Positions 17,843-27,866 of a stretch of DNA of 64,000 nt are shown piece after piece (within the stretch, counting starts at the first letter, position 1; every line of letters begins with the position of its first letter). The notes under the pieces were generated by a model. The model did no database searches. It saw nothing but the letters and a program-made list of their open reading frames with translations, and was not told where the DNA came from. Both the position numbers and the translations under genes were made by a program. Location of the stretch: the NCBI GenBank assembly GCA_937934445.1, contig CALGZM010000066.1, positions 152,335-216,334 on the forward strand, in the 5' to 3' direction. This DNA comes from an uncultured Cloacibacillus sp. (GTDB taxonomy: Bacteria; Synergistota; Synergistia; Synergistales; Synergistaceae).

Positions 17843-19036
17843 ATGGCAAGATTCACATTACCTCGCGATATTTACCACGGAAAGGGCGCTCTTGCGGAGC
17901 TTCGCACGCTTCGCGGCAAAAAGGCCTTCGTAGTGGTTGGGGGCGGAAGCATGAAGCGTTTCGGCTTCCTTGATAAAGTCGAGCAGTATTTGCGGGAAGC
18001 CGGCATGGAGGTGCGCCTTTTCGAGGGCGTAGAACCGGACCCGTCGGTCGAGACGGTTATGCGCGGCGCGGCTGCGATGCGTGAGTTCCAGCCTGACTGG
18101 ATAGTTTCAATCGGCGGCGGCTCGCCGATAGATGCGGCGAAGGCGATGTGGGTATTCTACGAATATCCTGAGACGACCTTTGATGAGCTTTGCGTGCCGT
18201 TCCACTTCCCGACGCTGCGCACGAAGGCGCGCTTCTGCGCAATACCGTCGACTTCGGGGACGGCGACTGAGGTGACGGCTTTCTCCGTCATCACCGACGA
18301 CTCAAAGGGCGTCAAGTATCCGCTGGCTGACTTCAACATCACGCCGGACGTCGCCATCGTCGATCCGGAGTTGGCCGAGACGATGCCGAAGAAGCTGACT
18401 GCGAACACCGGTATGGACGCTCTGACGCACGCGATAGAGGCCTACGTCTCGACTCTGCATTGCGAGTACACAGATCCGCTCGCGCTGCACGCGATAGAAC
18501 TGATCAGCGCGAACCTCGTCCCGTCATATAACGGAGATATGGCCGCGCGCGATAAGATGCACGACGCGCAGTGCCTTGCCGGTATGGCTTTCTCGAACGC
18601 CCTGCTCGGCATAACGCATTCGATGGCGCATAAGACGGGCGCGGCTTTCAGCGGAGGGCACATAGTCCACGGCGCGGCGAACGCGATGTACCTGCCGAAG
18701 GTCATCCGTTTCAACGCTGCGGAGCCTGAGGCCGCAGAGCGGTATGCGCAGATAGCGCGCTTCATTCATCTAAAGGGCGAGACGACGGCCGAGCTGGTTG
18801 AAGCTCTCGTCAATCGCGTCAACGAGATGAACGCGGAGCTTAATATACCGTCGCGCATAAAGGATTACGAGGGCGGCATAATCGACGAGAAGGAATTCAT
18901 GGAGAAGCTGCCGCACGTGGCTGAGCTGGCCGTAGGCGACGCCTGTACCGGCTCGAACCCGCGTAAGATCACGCCTGCGCAGATGGCCGAACTTCTGAAA
19001 AGCTGCTACTTCGACAAAGAAACTATGAAAAAATAA
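17843..19036 (+). CDS. Iron-containing (group III) alcohol dehydrogenase.
   Basis: GGGSPIDAAK dinucleotide motif and His-rich metal-site region (HAIEAY, HSMAHK, HGAANA); about 397 aa. Confidence 0.88.
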   Translation: MARFTLPRDIYHGKGALAELRTLRGKKAFVVVGGGSMKRFGFLDKVEQYLREAGMEVRLFEGVEPDPSVETVMRGAAAMREFQPDWIVSIGGGSPIDAAKAMWVFYEYPETTFDELCVPFHFPTLRTKARFCAIPSTSGTATEVTAFSVITDDSKGVKYPLADFNITPDVAIVDPELAETMPKKLTANTGMDALTHAIEAYVSTLHCEYTDPLALHAIELISANLVPSYNGDMAARDKMHDAQCLAGMAFSNALLGITHSMAHKTGAAFSGGHIVHGAANAMYLPKVIRFNAAEPEAAERYAQIARFIHLKGETTAELVEALVNRVNEMNAELNIPSRIKDYEGGIIDEKEFMEKLPHVAELAVGDACTGSNPRKITPAQMAELLKSCYFDKETMKK

Positions 19037-19315
19037 CAGCTTGAATAAGGCGTTCGCATAAACATTTTCCCAACAGAACCGCGGCGGAAGCCGCAGAAGC
19101 AAGGCCGGAGCCCACGCTCCGGCTTTTGCTTGCCGGCATACGGAATGCTCCATACCGCTCTGGGACTCCGCGCTGATGCAGTAAGGAAATACGCAGACCG
19201 TATCGATGTGCGTGGGGAAGGGAGGATTCTATGCCGTTAAGATATGGTATATAATTTTTTAGACGCGCGCGGACGCGCGGCGAATTTTTTGATATCTGCG
19301 TAAGGGGATGAGGCG

Positions 19316-20236
19316 ATGGGAACGCCGCTTGAGAGGGCCGCGGCCTCCGTCTTTATGATACTTCTGGGTTACGCGCTGAAACGCGCGGGATTTTTTTCAA
19401 AGAGCGACGCGGACACTGTCGCGAAGCTCTGTTTGAACATCACGCTGCCCGCCGCTATTATCACCGGCTTCGGCAGCTATAAGCAGGATTTTTCACTTTT
19501 TGCCGTGATAGCGCTCGGCGCTGTGTGCAACGCCGTCGTTCTGGGCGTGTCGTGGTTCATGTCGGTCCGCTCGACGCGGCGCGATAAAATTTTCCACATG
19601 TTCGCGCTGCCGGGCTACCAGATAGGGACCTTCACGCTGCCTTACATCGGCAGCGCGCTCGGCCCGTACGGCGTCCTCGTCACCTGCATGTTCGACATGG
19701 GCAACGCGCTCTTCGCCTGCGGCGGGACTTACGCGCTCGTCTCCGCTTTGCCGTCGCTCGGCGGCGGGGCGCGCCCGACGCTGAAAGAATTCGTGAAGCG
19801 CGTTTTTTCGACGGCGCCTTTCGTCGTCTATATTGTGGCGCTAGTATGGGTGAATTTCATCGGCGGCGTGCCGCGCTGCATCGTCGCGCTAGCAGCGCCG
19901 ATAGGCGCGGCGAACTCGTTCGCGGCGATGTTCATGATAGGACTGATGATCGAGATTAAGAAGCACGGCGCGGAGCTATGGACCGTCTTCTCCACGCTTG
20001 CGGTGCGCTACGCTGCATCCGCCGCGCTCGCGCTGCTTTTCTATTTCTATACGCCGTTCCCGCTCATCACGCGGCAGATTCTCGCGCTGGTCGTTTTCTC
20101 GCCGGTCTCGGCGCTCTGCCCAATCTTTACAGAAAAATGCGGCGGCGACACAGGCATGGCGGGCTTCGCGGGCTCTATCTCCATCGTCATAAGCGTGATA
20201 GCGATGACGGCCTGTATGGCGGTCATGGGGATTTAG
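19316..20236 (+). CDS. AEC-family (auxin-efflux-carrier / malate-permease-like) membrane transporter.
   Basis: About 10 TM helices, 306 aa, typical AEC architecture. Terminator hairpin at about 20343-20385. Confidence 0.7.
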   Translation: MGTPLERAAASVFMILLGYALKRAGFFSKSDADTVAKLCLNITLPAAIITGFGSYKQDFSLFAVIALGAVCNAVVLGVSWFMSVRSTRRDKIFHMFALPGYQIGTFTLPYIGSALGPYGVLVTCMFDMGNALFACGGTYALVSALPSLGGGARPTLKEFVKRVFSTAPFVVYIVALVWVNFIGGVPRCIVALAAPIGAANSFAAMFMIGLMIEIKKHGAELWTVFSTLAVRYAASAALALLFYFYTPFPLITRQILALVVFSPVSALCPIFTEKCGGDTGMAGFAGSISIVISVIAMTACMAVMGI

Positions 20237-20592
20237 CGCCGGAGGGTAAATCCGGCGCGCCAGCACAGAGCTGCGGCAAGCGCGTTGTCTTATTAAGCGG
20301 CGCTTGAATATAAATTCCAGCATTCCCGGCGGCGAGCCGGACAGAGGGACGCGGCGGAGCCGCAGCGTCCCTCACGCTTTTTCTGACCCCGCACCCTGCA
20401 CCGGCCCCGGTGTTTTCGGAAGGCTTTCACGAACGTTATAAATTTCCGCAAAAATCATTTTTGCGCATGTTTTTATTCCGTTAAATACGGCTTTTCGTTG
20501 ATTTATATCGTTTTTGTTTGCTTGAAAGGATCAGAGTGCGGTGTTATATTTTTATTGCAATTAAGTTGTAATAAAGTTTTAGGAGGTTTCGT

Positions 20593-22224
20593 ATGAACAA
20601 CGCGCTTTTCAGATTCAGGAGGCCGGAGAACGAACATTCTATGAGCTACGCGCCTGGGTGCCCGGAGCGCGCGCTGCTACGCGAGGCGATAAAGCAGATA
20701 GAATCGGAGACGGTGGAGATCCCGCTCGTCATCGGGGGCGAAGAGGTATATACGGGAGACACGGGGCTCGTCGTAATGCCGCACGACCACGCGCATACGC
20801 TGGCCGTCTATCACAAGGCCGGCGCGAAGGAGATGGAGCGCGCGATAAAGGCTGCGACGGCGGCGCACGAGCGCTGGGCCGCGACGCCGTGGACGGAGCG
20901 CGCGGCGATTTCTCTGAAAATCGCGGAGCTCATCGACAAGAAGTACCGTTACCTGCTGAACGCCGCGACGATGCTCGGGCAGAGCAAAACGGTGTGGCAG
21001 GCGGAGATCGAGGCGGCTAGCGAGACTATAGACTATTTCCGCTTCACGGTGCACTGCATGGACGAACTTTACGGAGACCAGCCCGCTTCGGAGGAGGGCG
21101 TAATAAATTCGCTCGAATACAGGCCGCTGGAGGGCTTCGTCTACGCCGTGACGCCGTTCAACTTTACGGCGATCGCCGCGAATCTTCCGATGGCTCCGGT
21201 CATTATGGGGAACACCGTCGTTTGGAAGCCCGCGACCACGTCGCTGCTTTCGAGCTGGTATCTGATGAAAATTTTCATGGAGGCGGGCGTTCCCGCCGGA
21301 GTGCTGAACTTCATGCCGGGGCCTGGCTCGGTGGGCAGCCGCGTCGTGCTGAACCACAAGGACCTTGCCGGCATCCACTTCACCGGCTCGACGCAGGTTT
21401 TCAACAGCCTGTGGCGCGGCGTGGCGGAGAACCTTAATAAGTATGTCTCGTACCCGCGGCTCGTCGGCGAGACGGGCGGCAAGGATTTTCTCGTGATGCA
21501 TGCCTCTGCCGACGCCAAGGCCGTCGCCGCAGCGTTGGTGCGCGGCGCGTTCGAATACCAGGGGCAGAAGTGCTCCGCGACGTCGCGCGCATACATACCG
21601 GCGAGCCGCTGGGAGGAGCTGAACGCAGAGCTCGGCGCGATGCTCGCCGAGACGCGCACGGGCGACCCGCGCGATTTCCGCAATTTCGTCTGCGCGGTCA
21701 TCGACGAGGCGTCATTCGACAACTGCATGGATTATATAAATTACGCTAAAAGTGCGCCCGACGCGGAAATTCTCTATGGGGGCACGGGCGATAAGAGCGT
21801 CGGCTATTTCGTCCAACCGACTGTGATTAAGACAGACGATCCGCATTTCCGCTCGATGGAGGAAGAGATTTTCGGCCCAATACTGACGGTCTACGTTTAC
21901 GACGATTCACGGTGGACGGAGACACTGCGCCTCTGCGACGGGACTTCGCCCTACGGGCTGACGGGCTCCGTTTTTGCGGCGGACCGCGCGGCGATTGAGG
22001 AGGCGAAACGCATCCTGCGTTACGCGGCTGGGAACTTCTATATCAACGACAAGACGACGGCGGCGAGCGTCGGGCTACAGCCCTTCGGCGGCTCGCGGGC
22101 GTCCGGCACTAACGACAAGGCCGGGACGCGGCTGAACCTTAGCCGCTGGGTCTCGCCGCGGACTATAAAAGAAAATCTGCTGCCTCCTCGCGATTTCAAG
22201 TATCCATATATGCAGGAAGATTAG
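20593..22224 (+). CDS. L-glutamate-gamma-semialdehyde (1-pyrroline-5-carboxylate) dehydrogenase, PruA/RocA type.
   Basis: N-terminal ...PENEHSMSYAPGCPER signature of group-1 P5CDH; aldehyde-DH catalytic Cys (GQKCSA) and Glu (ETGGKD); AGGAGG RBS. Confidence 0.83.
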   Translation: MNNALFRFRRPENEHSMSYAPGCPERALLREAIKQIESETVEIPLVIGGEEVYTGDTGLVVMPHDHAHTLAVYHKAGAKEMERAIKAATAAHERWAATPWTERAAISLKIAELIDKKYRYLLNAATMLGQSKTVWQAEIEAASETIDYFRFTVHCMDELYGDQPASEEGVINSLEYRPLEGFVYAVTPFNFTAIAANLPMAPVIMGNTVVWKPATTSLLSSWYLMKIFMEAGVPAGVLNFMPGPGSVGSRVVLNHKDLAGIHFTGSTQVFNSLWRGVAENLNKYVSYPRLVGETGGKDFLVMHASADAKAVAAALVRGAFEYQGQKCSATSRAYIPASRWEELNAELGAMLAETRTGDPRDFRNFVCAVIDEASFDNCMDYINYAKSAPDAEILYGGTGDKSVGYFVQPTVIKTDDPHFRSMEEEIFGPILTVYVYDDSRWTETLRLCDGTSPYGLTGSVFAADRAAIEEAKRILRYAAGNFYINDKTTAASVGLQPFGGSRASGTNDKAGTRLNLSRWVSPRTIKENLLPPRDFKYPYMQED

Positions 22225-22379
22225 CTTCCCCGCCTTATCTCGTAGGATGCCTTCTTGAAATCTCTCCATAAACTCTCCCCGCCGCCGCGCCGTTCGCGAC
22301 GCGGCGGCATACGAAAAGTCGGCGCTTGTGCGCCGGCTTTTTTATCTCTATTACGCTGTCGCTGTATTTTAGCAGAGAG

Positions 22380-22979
22380 CTATTTTTTAGGCAGGCGCCC
22401 TTCTTTAGGCAGGTGCTTCATTGGGTCGAGCGGCGTCCCTTTCGAGTTGCGTATTTCGAAGTGCAGGTGGTTGCCGGTCGCGCGCCCAGTACGGCCCACG
22501 GCCGCTATCTTGTCCCCCTGTTTCACCCTCTGCCCGACTTTTACGTAGTTGGCCGAGTTATGCGAGTAGAGCGACCATAGTTTACCTCCGTGGTTTATGA
22601 CTATGACGCGCCCGTAACCGCGGAATCCGGGGCCGTTGTTCGAAACGACTTCTACTATCCCGTCGAGAATGGCGTATATAGGCGTTCCTTTTGGTGCGCT
22701 CATATCGACGCCGTCGTGCTGCCCGCGCCCGGTACGCTTGAGGCCGCGCCCCAAAAAGCCGGTTCGCAGAGGCCAAATCGCTTCCTGTATAAATTCTGGC
22801 GCGCCGCCGGAGAGCATTTCTTCCATGTCCCATGCGGCTTTGTCCGGCACCGCTAATTTGCGTATAGCGGTCTCCAGCGGATCTTCCTGAAATTCCTGGT
22901 AGTCTATGTCGGCGGCATAAGCCGCCGAGGCGAGCGCCGCTGCTGCAATCGCCGCGGCCGCTATAATTTTCAGTTTCAT
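22380..22979 (-). CDS. Secreted M23-family (lysostaphin-like) metallo-endopeptidase.
   Basis: Signal peptide; HxxxD (HDGVD) and HNSANY...GNHLHFE M23 motifs. Confidence 0.85.
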   Translation of the reverse strand: MKLKIIAAAAIAAAALASAAYAADIDYQEFQEDPLETAIRKLAVPDKAAWDMEEMLSGGAPEFIQEAIWPLRTGFLGRGLKRTGRGQHDGVDMSAPKGTPIYAILDGIVEVVSNNGPGFRGYGRVIVINHGGKLWSLYSHNSANYVKVGQRVKQGDKIAAVGRTGRATGNHLHFEIRNSKGTPLDPMKHLPKEGRLPKK

Positions 22980-23743
22980 ATTCCGTCCATAAGGGAGAGC
23001 ATTTCCTCCATTATGCTGGGGTCGTATTTTCCGCCGCGTATTTTGAACGAGTGGTCGGCCCCGTCTATAACGAAGAATTTTTTCCGGCTCTCCGGTATCT
23101 TTACAGCGCCGAGAAGCGAGCGGCAGGCTTCTTCTGAGAATACCGCGTCTTCCGTCCCGCGGAAAGCGAACATTTCTCCTGCCCGCACGTCGTCGACCAT
23201 ATCCGCCGCCACTGTGGAGCGCAATGTTGAAAGCACAGGCATCGGCATCATAACTTTTTCGACTTCAGGCATAGAGACGAGGGCGGTTCCAGAGAGTATC
23301 AGCCTGTCTACGCGCACGTCGCCTATGCGTGCGAGGAGAAGCGCGATTATGCCGCCGAGCGAAAAACCCCATATCCAAAGCGAGCGGGGATTTTCTTCCA
23401 TAACGAGCCGAAGCGCGGACAGGCAGTCGTCGTGCTCTTCTCCGAAGGTTTTGCCGCCGAAAGATTCTTCTATCCAGGCGAGCGGTTCGTCCCCGCATTC
23501 TTCACGGCTTACGGCTACGCGGCTCGTCTCGCAGAGCCACGGCGTGACGCCGCGCCGCGCAAGTATCTCGGCGAGGTGGCGGAATTTGTTTCTATGCCCA
23601 AGGTTGGCGCTGCTGTGCACCCCATGGAGCAACAGCGCGTGCGTGCCGTTCGGCGCGGGCGGGAAGAGCCGGCTCACACGCACGCCGGTATCGCCGAAAG
23701 GCGATGGAAGCACCGTTATTTCGTTTCTGTATTCGCAGTCCAT
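22976..23743 (-). CDS. Alpha/beta-hydrolase fold protein (esterase or lipase-like).
   Basis: GFSLGG nucleophile elbow (GxSxG); about 255 aa; 4-nt overlap with the downstream gene. Confidence 0.68.
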   Translation of the reverse strand: MDCEYRNEITVLPSPFGDTGVRVSRLFPPAPNGTHALLLHGVHSSANLGHRNKFRHLAEILARRGVTPWLCETSRVAVSREECGDEPLAWIEESFGGKTFGEEHDDCLSALRLVMEENPRSLWIWGFSLGGIIALLLARIGDVRVDRLILSGTALVSMPEVEKVMMPMPVLSTLRSTVAADMVDDVRAGEMFAFRGTEDAVFSEEACRSLLGAVKIPESRKKFFVIDGADHSFKIRGGKYDPSIMEEMLSLMDGI

Positions 23744-23795
23744 AATAAAAAACGAAGAAGGGGTGAAAGCCCCCTTCTTCGAGCGGTCGTCTCTG

Positions 23796-24716
23796 TTACT
23801 TGCCCTGGTGCGCGGCGAGGGCGCAAGCGGTGGCGATTGAGAGAAGCTTCGTCTCGGGCGAGTCGGCGCGGCTCGTGAGGATGACGGGCGCCTTGGCTCC
23901 GAGGACGATGGCTGCGGTCTTGTTCTCCGCGAAGTAGACTATCGACTTCGCGAGGATGTTGCCGGATTCGATGTTCGGAACATGAAGGATGTCCGCGTAG
24001 CCGGCGACTTCTGACTTGATGCCCTTGTGCTGCGCCGAATGCGGCGAGACGGCGTTGTCGAGCGCGAGCGGGCCGTCGATTACGCAGCCCTTGATCTGTC
24101 CGCGGCGGTTCATCTGCGTCAGGAGCGCGGCGTCGATGGTCGGCGGCATGTCTGGGTTGACTACTTCGACGGCGGCAAGGGCGGCGACTTTCGGGCAGGC
24201 GACGCCGAATGCGTGAGCGAGTTCGACGACGTTCTTGACGATGTCGACTTTTACCTTGATGTCGGGATACATATTGAATGCGGGGTCGGAGACGAAGAAA
24301 ATGCGGTCATAACCCTTGACCTGATGGATGTAGACGTGCGAGAGCGTCTTGCCGCTGCGGAGGCCCTTTTCTTTATTGAGGACGCCGCGCAGGAAGTTCG
24401 CCGTAGCGACCATGCCCTTCATGACGATCTGCGCCTGGCCGGTCGATACGAGCTCGACAGCCTTGAGCGCCGCTGCGGCTTCCCCGCCCTTCTCGTCGAC
24501 TATCTCGTAGTTGGCGAGGTCGACGCCGAGCTGGGCGGCGACTTCCTTAATCTTGTCCTCGTCGCCTACTAGGACGGCGTTGGCTATCCCGGCCTTGCGG
24601 GCGTTTTCGACCGCCTCCATGACCTCGGCGTCTTCGGCGCGCGCGACGCTGATCTTCTTCGGCCCTACCGCTCTCGCGTACTCGAGAAGCTGATCAAGAT
24701 TGCGAATCTGTTCCAT
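23796..24716 (-). CDS. ptb: Phosphate butyryltransferase / phosphotransacylase-family protein (paralog 1, no adjacent kinase).
   Basis: 306 aa, Ptb/Pta-family length and conserved blocks (VLVGDEDKI..., GCVIDGPLALDNA). Confidence 0.78.
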   Translation of the reverse strand: MEQIRNLDQLLEYARAVGPKKISVARAEDAEVMEAVENARKAGIANAVLVGDEDKIKEVAAQLGVDLANYEIVDEKGGEAAAALKAVELVSTGQAQIVMKGMVATANFLRGVLNKEKGLRSGKTLSHVYIHQVKGYDRIFFVSDPAFNMYPDIKVKVDIVKNVVELAHAFGVACPKVAALAAVEVVNPDMPPTIDAALLTQMNRRGQIKGCVIDGPLALDNAVSPHSAQHKGIKSEVAGYADILHVPNIESGNILAKSIVYFAENKTAAIVLGAKAPVILTSRADSPETKLLSIATACALAAHQGK

Positions 24717-24828
24717 ATCAATAATGACCTCCCTATGGTTTTACGCCCCCGCCGGGGGCTGTGTTTATCTGTTCCCCCTGCAATTATACACGGAATTTTC
24801 GATTTGCCGCGTTTTTTTACGCAATTTC

Positions 24829-25434
24829 CTACGATTTTACTCCAAGTGAAATTATCAACGTAAAGGCCTTCTCCGGCGGAATGTCGAGATATTCGATATC
24901 CTTTTCGTCGAAGAACAGCACGAAGCCCGTCGTCGGGTTGGGCGAGGTCGGTACAAAGACAGTCACGCGCGCCGAGCCGTCCGGCATTTCCTCGCGCTTG
25001 GAGACGAAGGCGATGACGTAGCCCTTGCCTACGGGGATCTTTACAGTGCCGAGATAGCCTACGCCGCCGCTCGCGGTGAAGGTCTGCAATATGTCGCGGA
25101 AGGTGGCGTACCAGCCGCCGATCACGGGGATCTTCGTAATGACGAGCTGCTCCAGAAGGCTCAGCAGCGAGCGCTCGCGGCGCCGCAGCTTGCGCCCGAT
25201 GTAGACGAGCAGGCAGACGAGGAAGACGATGATGAGCGCCGTCGAGCGGCGCGACTGCGTGAAGCCGAAGATGAGCGAGCCGAACATTTCACAGAGGTAA
25301 ATAAGATAATAAAAGACGAACACGAAGAGCGCGAGCGGCAGCAGCGCGATGCAGCCGAGGAAAAAGTCGCGTCCCAGCGTCCGCAGGAAGCCAGAGCCTC
25401 CGCCTTTTTTAGTATTTTCACCATGCTCGCCCAT
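24829..25434 (-). CDS. DUF502-family membrane protein.
   Basis: Two N-terminal TM helices followed by a conserved soluble domain (...KIPVIGGWY...). Confidence 0.55.
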   Translation of the reverse strand: MGEHGENTKKGGGSGFLRTLGRDFFLGCIALLPLALFVFVFYYLIYLCEMFGSLIFGFTQSRRSTALIIVFLVCLLVYIGRKLRRRERSLLSLLEQLVITKIPVIGGWYATFRDILQTFTASGGVGYLGTVKIPVGKGYVIAFVSKREEMPDGSARVTVFVPTSPNPTTGFVLFFDEKDIEYLDIPPEKAFTLIISLGVKS

Positions 25435-25510
25435 GACGCACCTCCGGCGCTTGTCAACCGCCCCCCTGCGCGTTATCCTATCGGAAGTAACGCTTTAGGA
25501 GGAAGCAGAA

Positions 25511-26185
25511 ATGAAGTCGGACAGAAACTGGGTATATTCCATCACCCGAATTATCGTCATGATATATTTTACACTCTATCACCGCCTCTCGGTATACGGC
25601 AAAGAGAAGATACCGAAGGACCGTCCAGTCATAGTCGCGTCGAATCACGCGAGCTACCTCGACCCGCCGGTCGTCGGGTATGCGTTCTTTCCAGGCTACC
25701 TAAAATTTATCGCGTGGGACAAGCTGTTTTCATTCCCGCTCTTTGGCGCCTATCTGCGCGCGATGGGCTCCGTCCCTGTATCGCAGGACGACAAGAACAG
25801 TTCCGCGGGACTGCTGCGTTTAGTCATGGGATTTATCAAGGAAGGCTACAACGTATTTATCTGCCCCGAAGGGCACAGGACTGAAGACGGCAGGCTTCAG
25901 CCGCTTGAGGGCGGCGTCGCGATAATGGCGCTGAAAACCGGCGCGCCCGTCATACCGACCTACGCGGCGGGCACGTGGCGCGCGCTAGCGCCGCACATGC
26001 GCTTCCCGCGCCCGTGCAAGCTTACTGTAACCTTCGGCGACCCTATAGACCCGGAGAAGCTTCCGGAAGGGTTGAACGAGAAGGAGAAGCGCCGCTATAT
26101 CCTCGCGAAAATTGAGGAATTCTACAAAGAACAGGACGCGCTGGATAAGGCGAAGCACCCGTTGCCTGCTTGTAACGCGGCGTAA
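25511..26185 (+). CDS. plsC: 1-acyl-sn-glycerol-3-phosphate acyltransferase.
   Basis: NHASYLD (HX4D) and FICPEGHRTEDG acyltransferase motifs. Confidence 0.82.
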   Translation: MKSDRNWVYSITRIIVMIYFTLYHRLSVYGKEKIPKDRPVIVASNHASYLDPPVVGYAFFPGYLKFIAWDKLFSFPLFGAYLRAMGSVPVSQDDKNSSAGLLRLVMGFIKEGYNVFICPEGHRTEDGRLQPLEGGVAIMALKTGAPVIPTYAAGTWRALAPHMRFPRPCKLTVTFGDPIDPEKLPEGLNEKEKRRYILAKIEEFYKEQDALDKAKHPLPACNAA

Positions 26186-26326
26186 AAACGCGCGGTGGGT
26201 TATAATTAACGCAGCGGCATTCCGTTCCCGGGGAAACTTCCGCGGGCAGGGAAAAGCACGGCACAGCATTGAACGGGCCTTTTCTCTGAGAGGGAAGGCC
26301 CGTTTTATATTCCGGGGGATGATCTT

Positions 26327-26575
26327 ATGGAGGAAAACAGAATCGGCGTCGCAGCAATCATCATCGAAAATCCTGACAGCGTTCAGGAGGTCAACGAAGC
26401 GCTCCACAAATTCAGCCGCCTCATCGTCGGGCGCCTCGGCATTCCATACCGTGAGCGCGGCGTCGCCGTAATATCGGTCATCCTCGACGGCACGACCGAC
26501 GATATCAGCGCTCTCACCGGCAAACTCGGAAAAATCAGCGGCGTCACCGTAAAGGCCGCGGTTTCAAAAAAATAA
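26327..26575 (+). CDS. Small ACT/NikR-C-like protein of the TM1266 family (putative iron-only-hydrogenase-system regulator).
   Basis: 82 aa; pattern RIGVAAIIIEN...GRLGIPYRERGVAVISV; immediately upstream of hydF. Confidence 0.5.
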   Translation: MEENRIGVAAIIIENPDSVQEVNEALHKFSRLIVGRLGIPYRERGVAVISVILDGTTDDISALTGKLGKISGVTVKAAVSKK

Positions 26576-26589
26576 AGGAGGCTGCAAAA

Positions 26590-27807
26590 ATGGCGCTTAC
26601 AGACACGCCGCGCTCTAACAGGCTGCATATAGCTTTCTACGGACGGCGTAACGCCGGCAAATCAAGCCTCATCAACCTCGTCACTGGCCAGCAGACGGCG
26701 CTCGTCTCCGAACACGCAGGCACGACCACCGACCCCGTCATAAAAAGCATGGAACTGCTGCCGCTCGGCCCTATCGCCGTGATAGACACGGCAGGGCTAG
26801 ACGACGAAGGCGACCTCGGCGCGCTGCGCATAGGGCGCTCGAAAGAGATGATGGATAGGACGGACCTCGCAGTCCTCGTCGTCTCCGCCGAGACCGCCAG
26901 CGACACGTCGCGCGAACGCGAATGGCTAGCCGAGCTGCGCGCGGGCAAAACCGCCGTAATAGGCGCGCTCAACAAAACCGACAAACTTACGCCGGAGGAA
27001 GCCGAAGCTCTGCGCGCGAAGCTCGAAGCTGAACTCGGCATCCCGTTCGTCGCCCTGTCTGCAAACGACAAAGGCGACCGCGCGAAGCTGCTCTCCGCGA
27101 TAGTCAAAAACGCGCCTTCCGACTTTGAAGCCCCGGCGCTTACCGGAGACCTCTACGCTCCCGGTGCGAAAATCGTCCTCGTCGCGCCGCAGGACATACA
27201 GGCTCCCAAAGGCCGCCTCATACTGCCGCAGGTTCAGGTAATCCGCGACATCCTAGACAACGGCGGCAGCGCATTCGTATGCACCGCGGACCGTTTCCGC
27301 GAGACGCTCGGCGCGCTCAAAGAGCCTCCCGCGCTTGTAATCACTGACTCGCAGGTATTCAAGCTCGTCGACGAAATCCTGCCGCGCGAGGTGCCGCTCA
27401 CTTCGTTCTCGATAATAATGGCGCGCGCCAAAGGCGAGCTTTCCGTCTTCATCGACGGCGCAAAAGCTATAGAAAAACTCGGCCAGCACGACAAGGTGCT
27501 CATAGCCGAAGCCTGCACCCACGCTCCGCTGAACGAAGATATAGGCCGCGAAAAACTCCCGCGCTGGCTGCGTCAAAAAGCAGGCGAAACGCTCTCTGTT
27601 GAAATATGCGCCGGCCAGGATTTTCCAAAGAATTTAAGCGAATACTCCCTTATCCTCCACTGCGGAGGCTGTATGTTCACGCGCAAGCAGCTCATGTCCC
27701 GCATAATCGAAGCCAGAGAGGCGGGCGTCCCGATCACCAATTACGGCGTAGCGATAGCCCAGCTCAACGGTATACTCGACAGGGTGACGGAAGTTTTCAG
27801 AAAATAG
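26590..27807 (+). CDS. hydF: [FeFe]-hydrogenase H-cluster maturation GTPase HydF.
   Basis: N-terminal GTPase motifs (GRRNAGKSS, DTAGLDD, NKTD). C-terminal CxH...HCGGC FeS-binding motif (ACTHAP...LHCGGC). Confidence 0.85.
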   Translation: MALTDTPRSNRLHIAFYGRRNAGKSSLINLVTGQQTALVSEHAGTTTDPVIKSMELLPLGPIAVIDTAGLDDEGDLGALRIGRSKEMMDRTDLAVLVVSAETASDTSREREWLAELRAGKTAVIGALNKTDKLTPEEAEALRAKLEAELGIPFVALSANDKGDRAKLLSAIVKNAPSDFEAPALTGDLYAPGAKIVLVAPQDIQAPKGRLILPQVQVIRDILDNGGSAFVCTADRFRETLGALKEPPALVITDSQVFKLVDEILPREVPLTSFSIIMARAKGELSVFIDGAKAIEKLGQHDKVLIAEACTHAPLNEDIGREKLPRWLRQKAGETLSVEICAGQDFPKNLSEYSLILHCGGCMFTRKQLMSRIIEAREAGVPITNYGVAIAQLNGILDRVTEVFRK

Positions 27808-27866
27808 GGCGCTCGGCGCTGTTATAATAACGTCGGTATAATTTATTAAAGAGTGGAGGAAACAAA

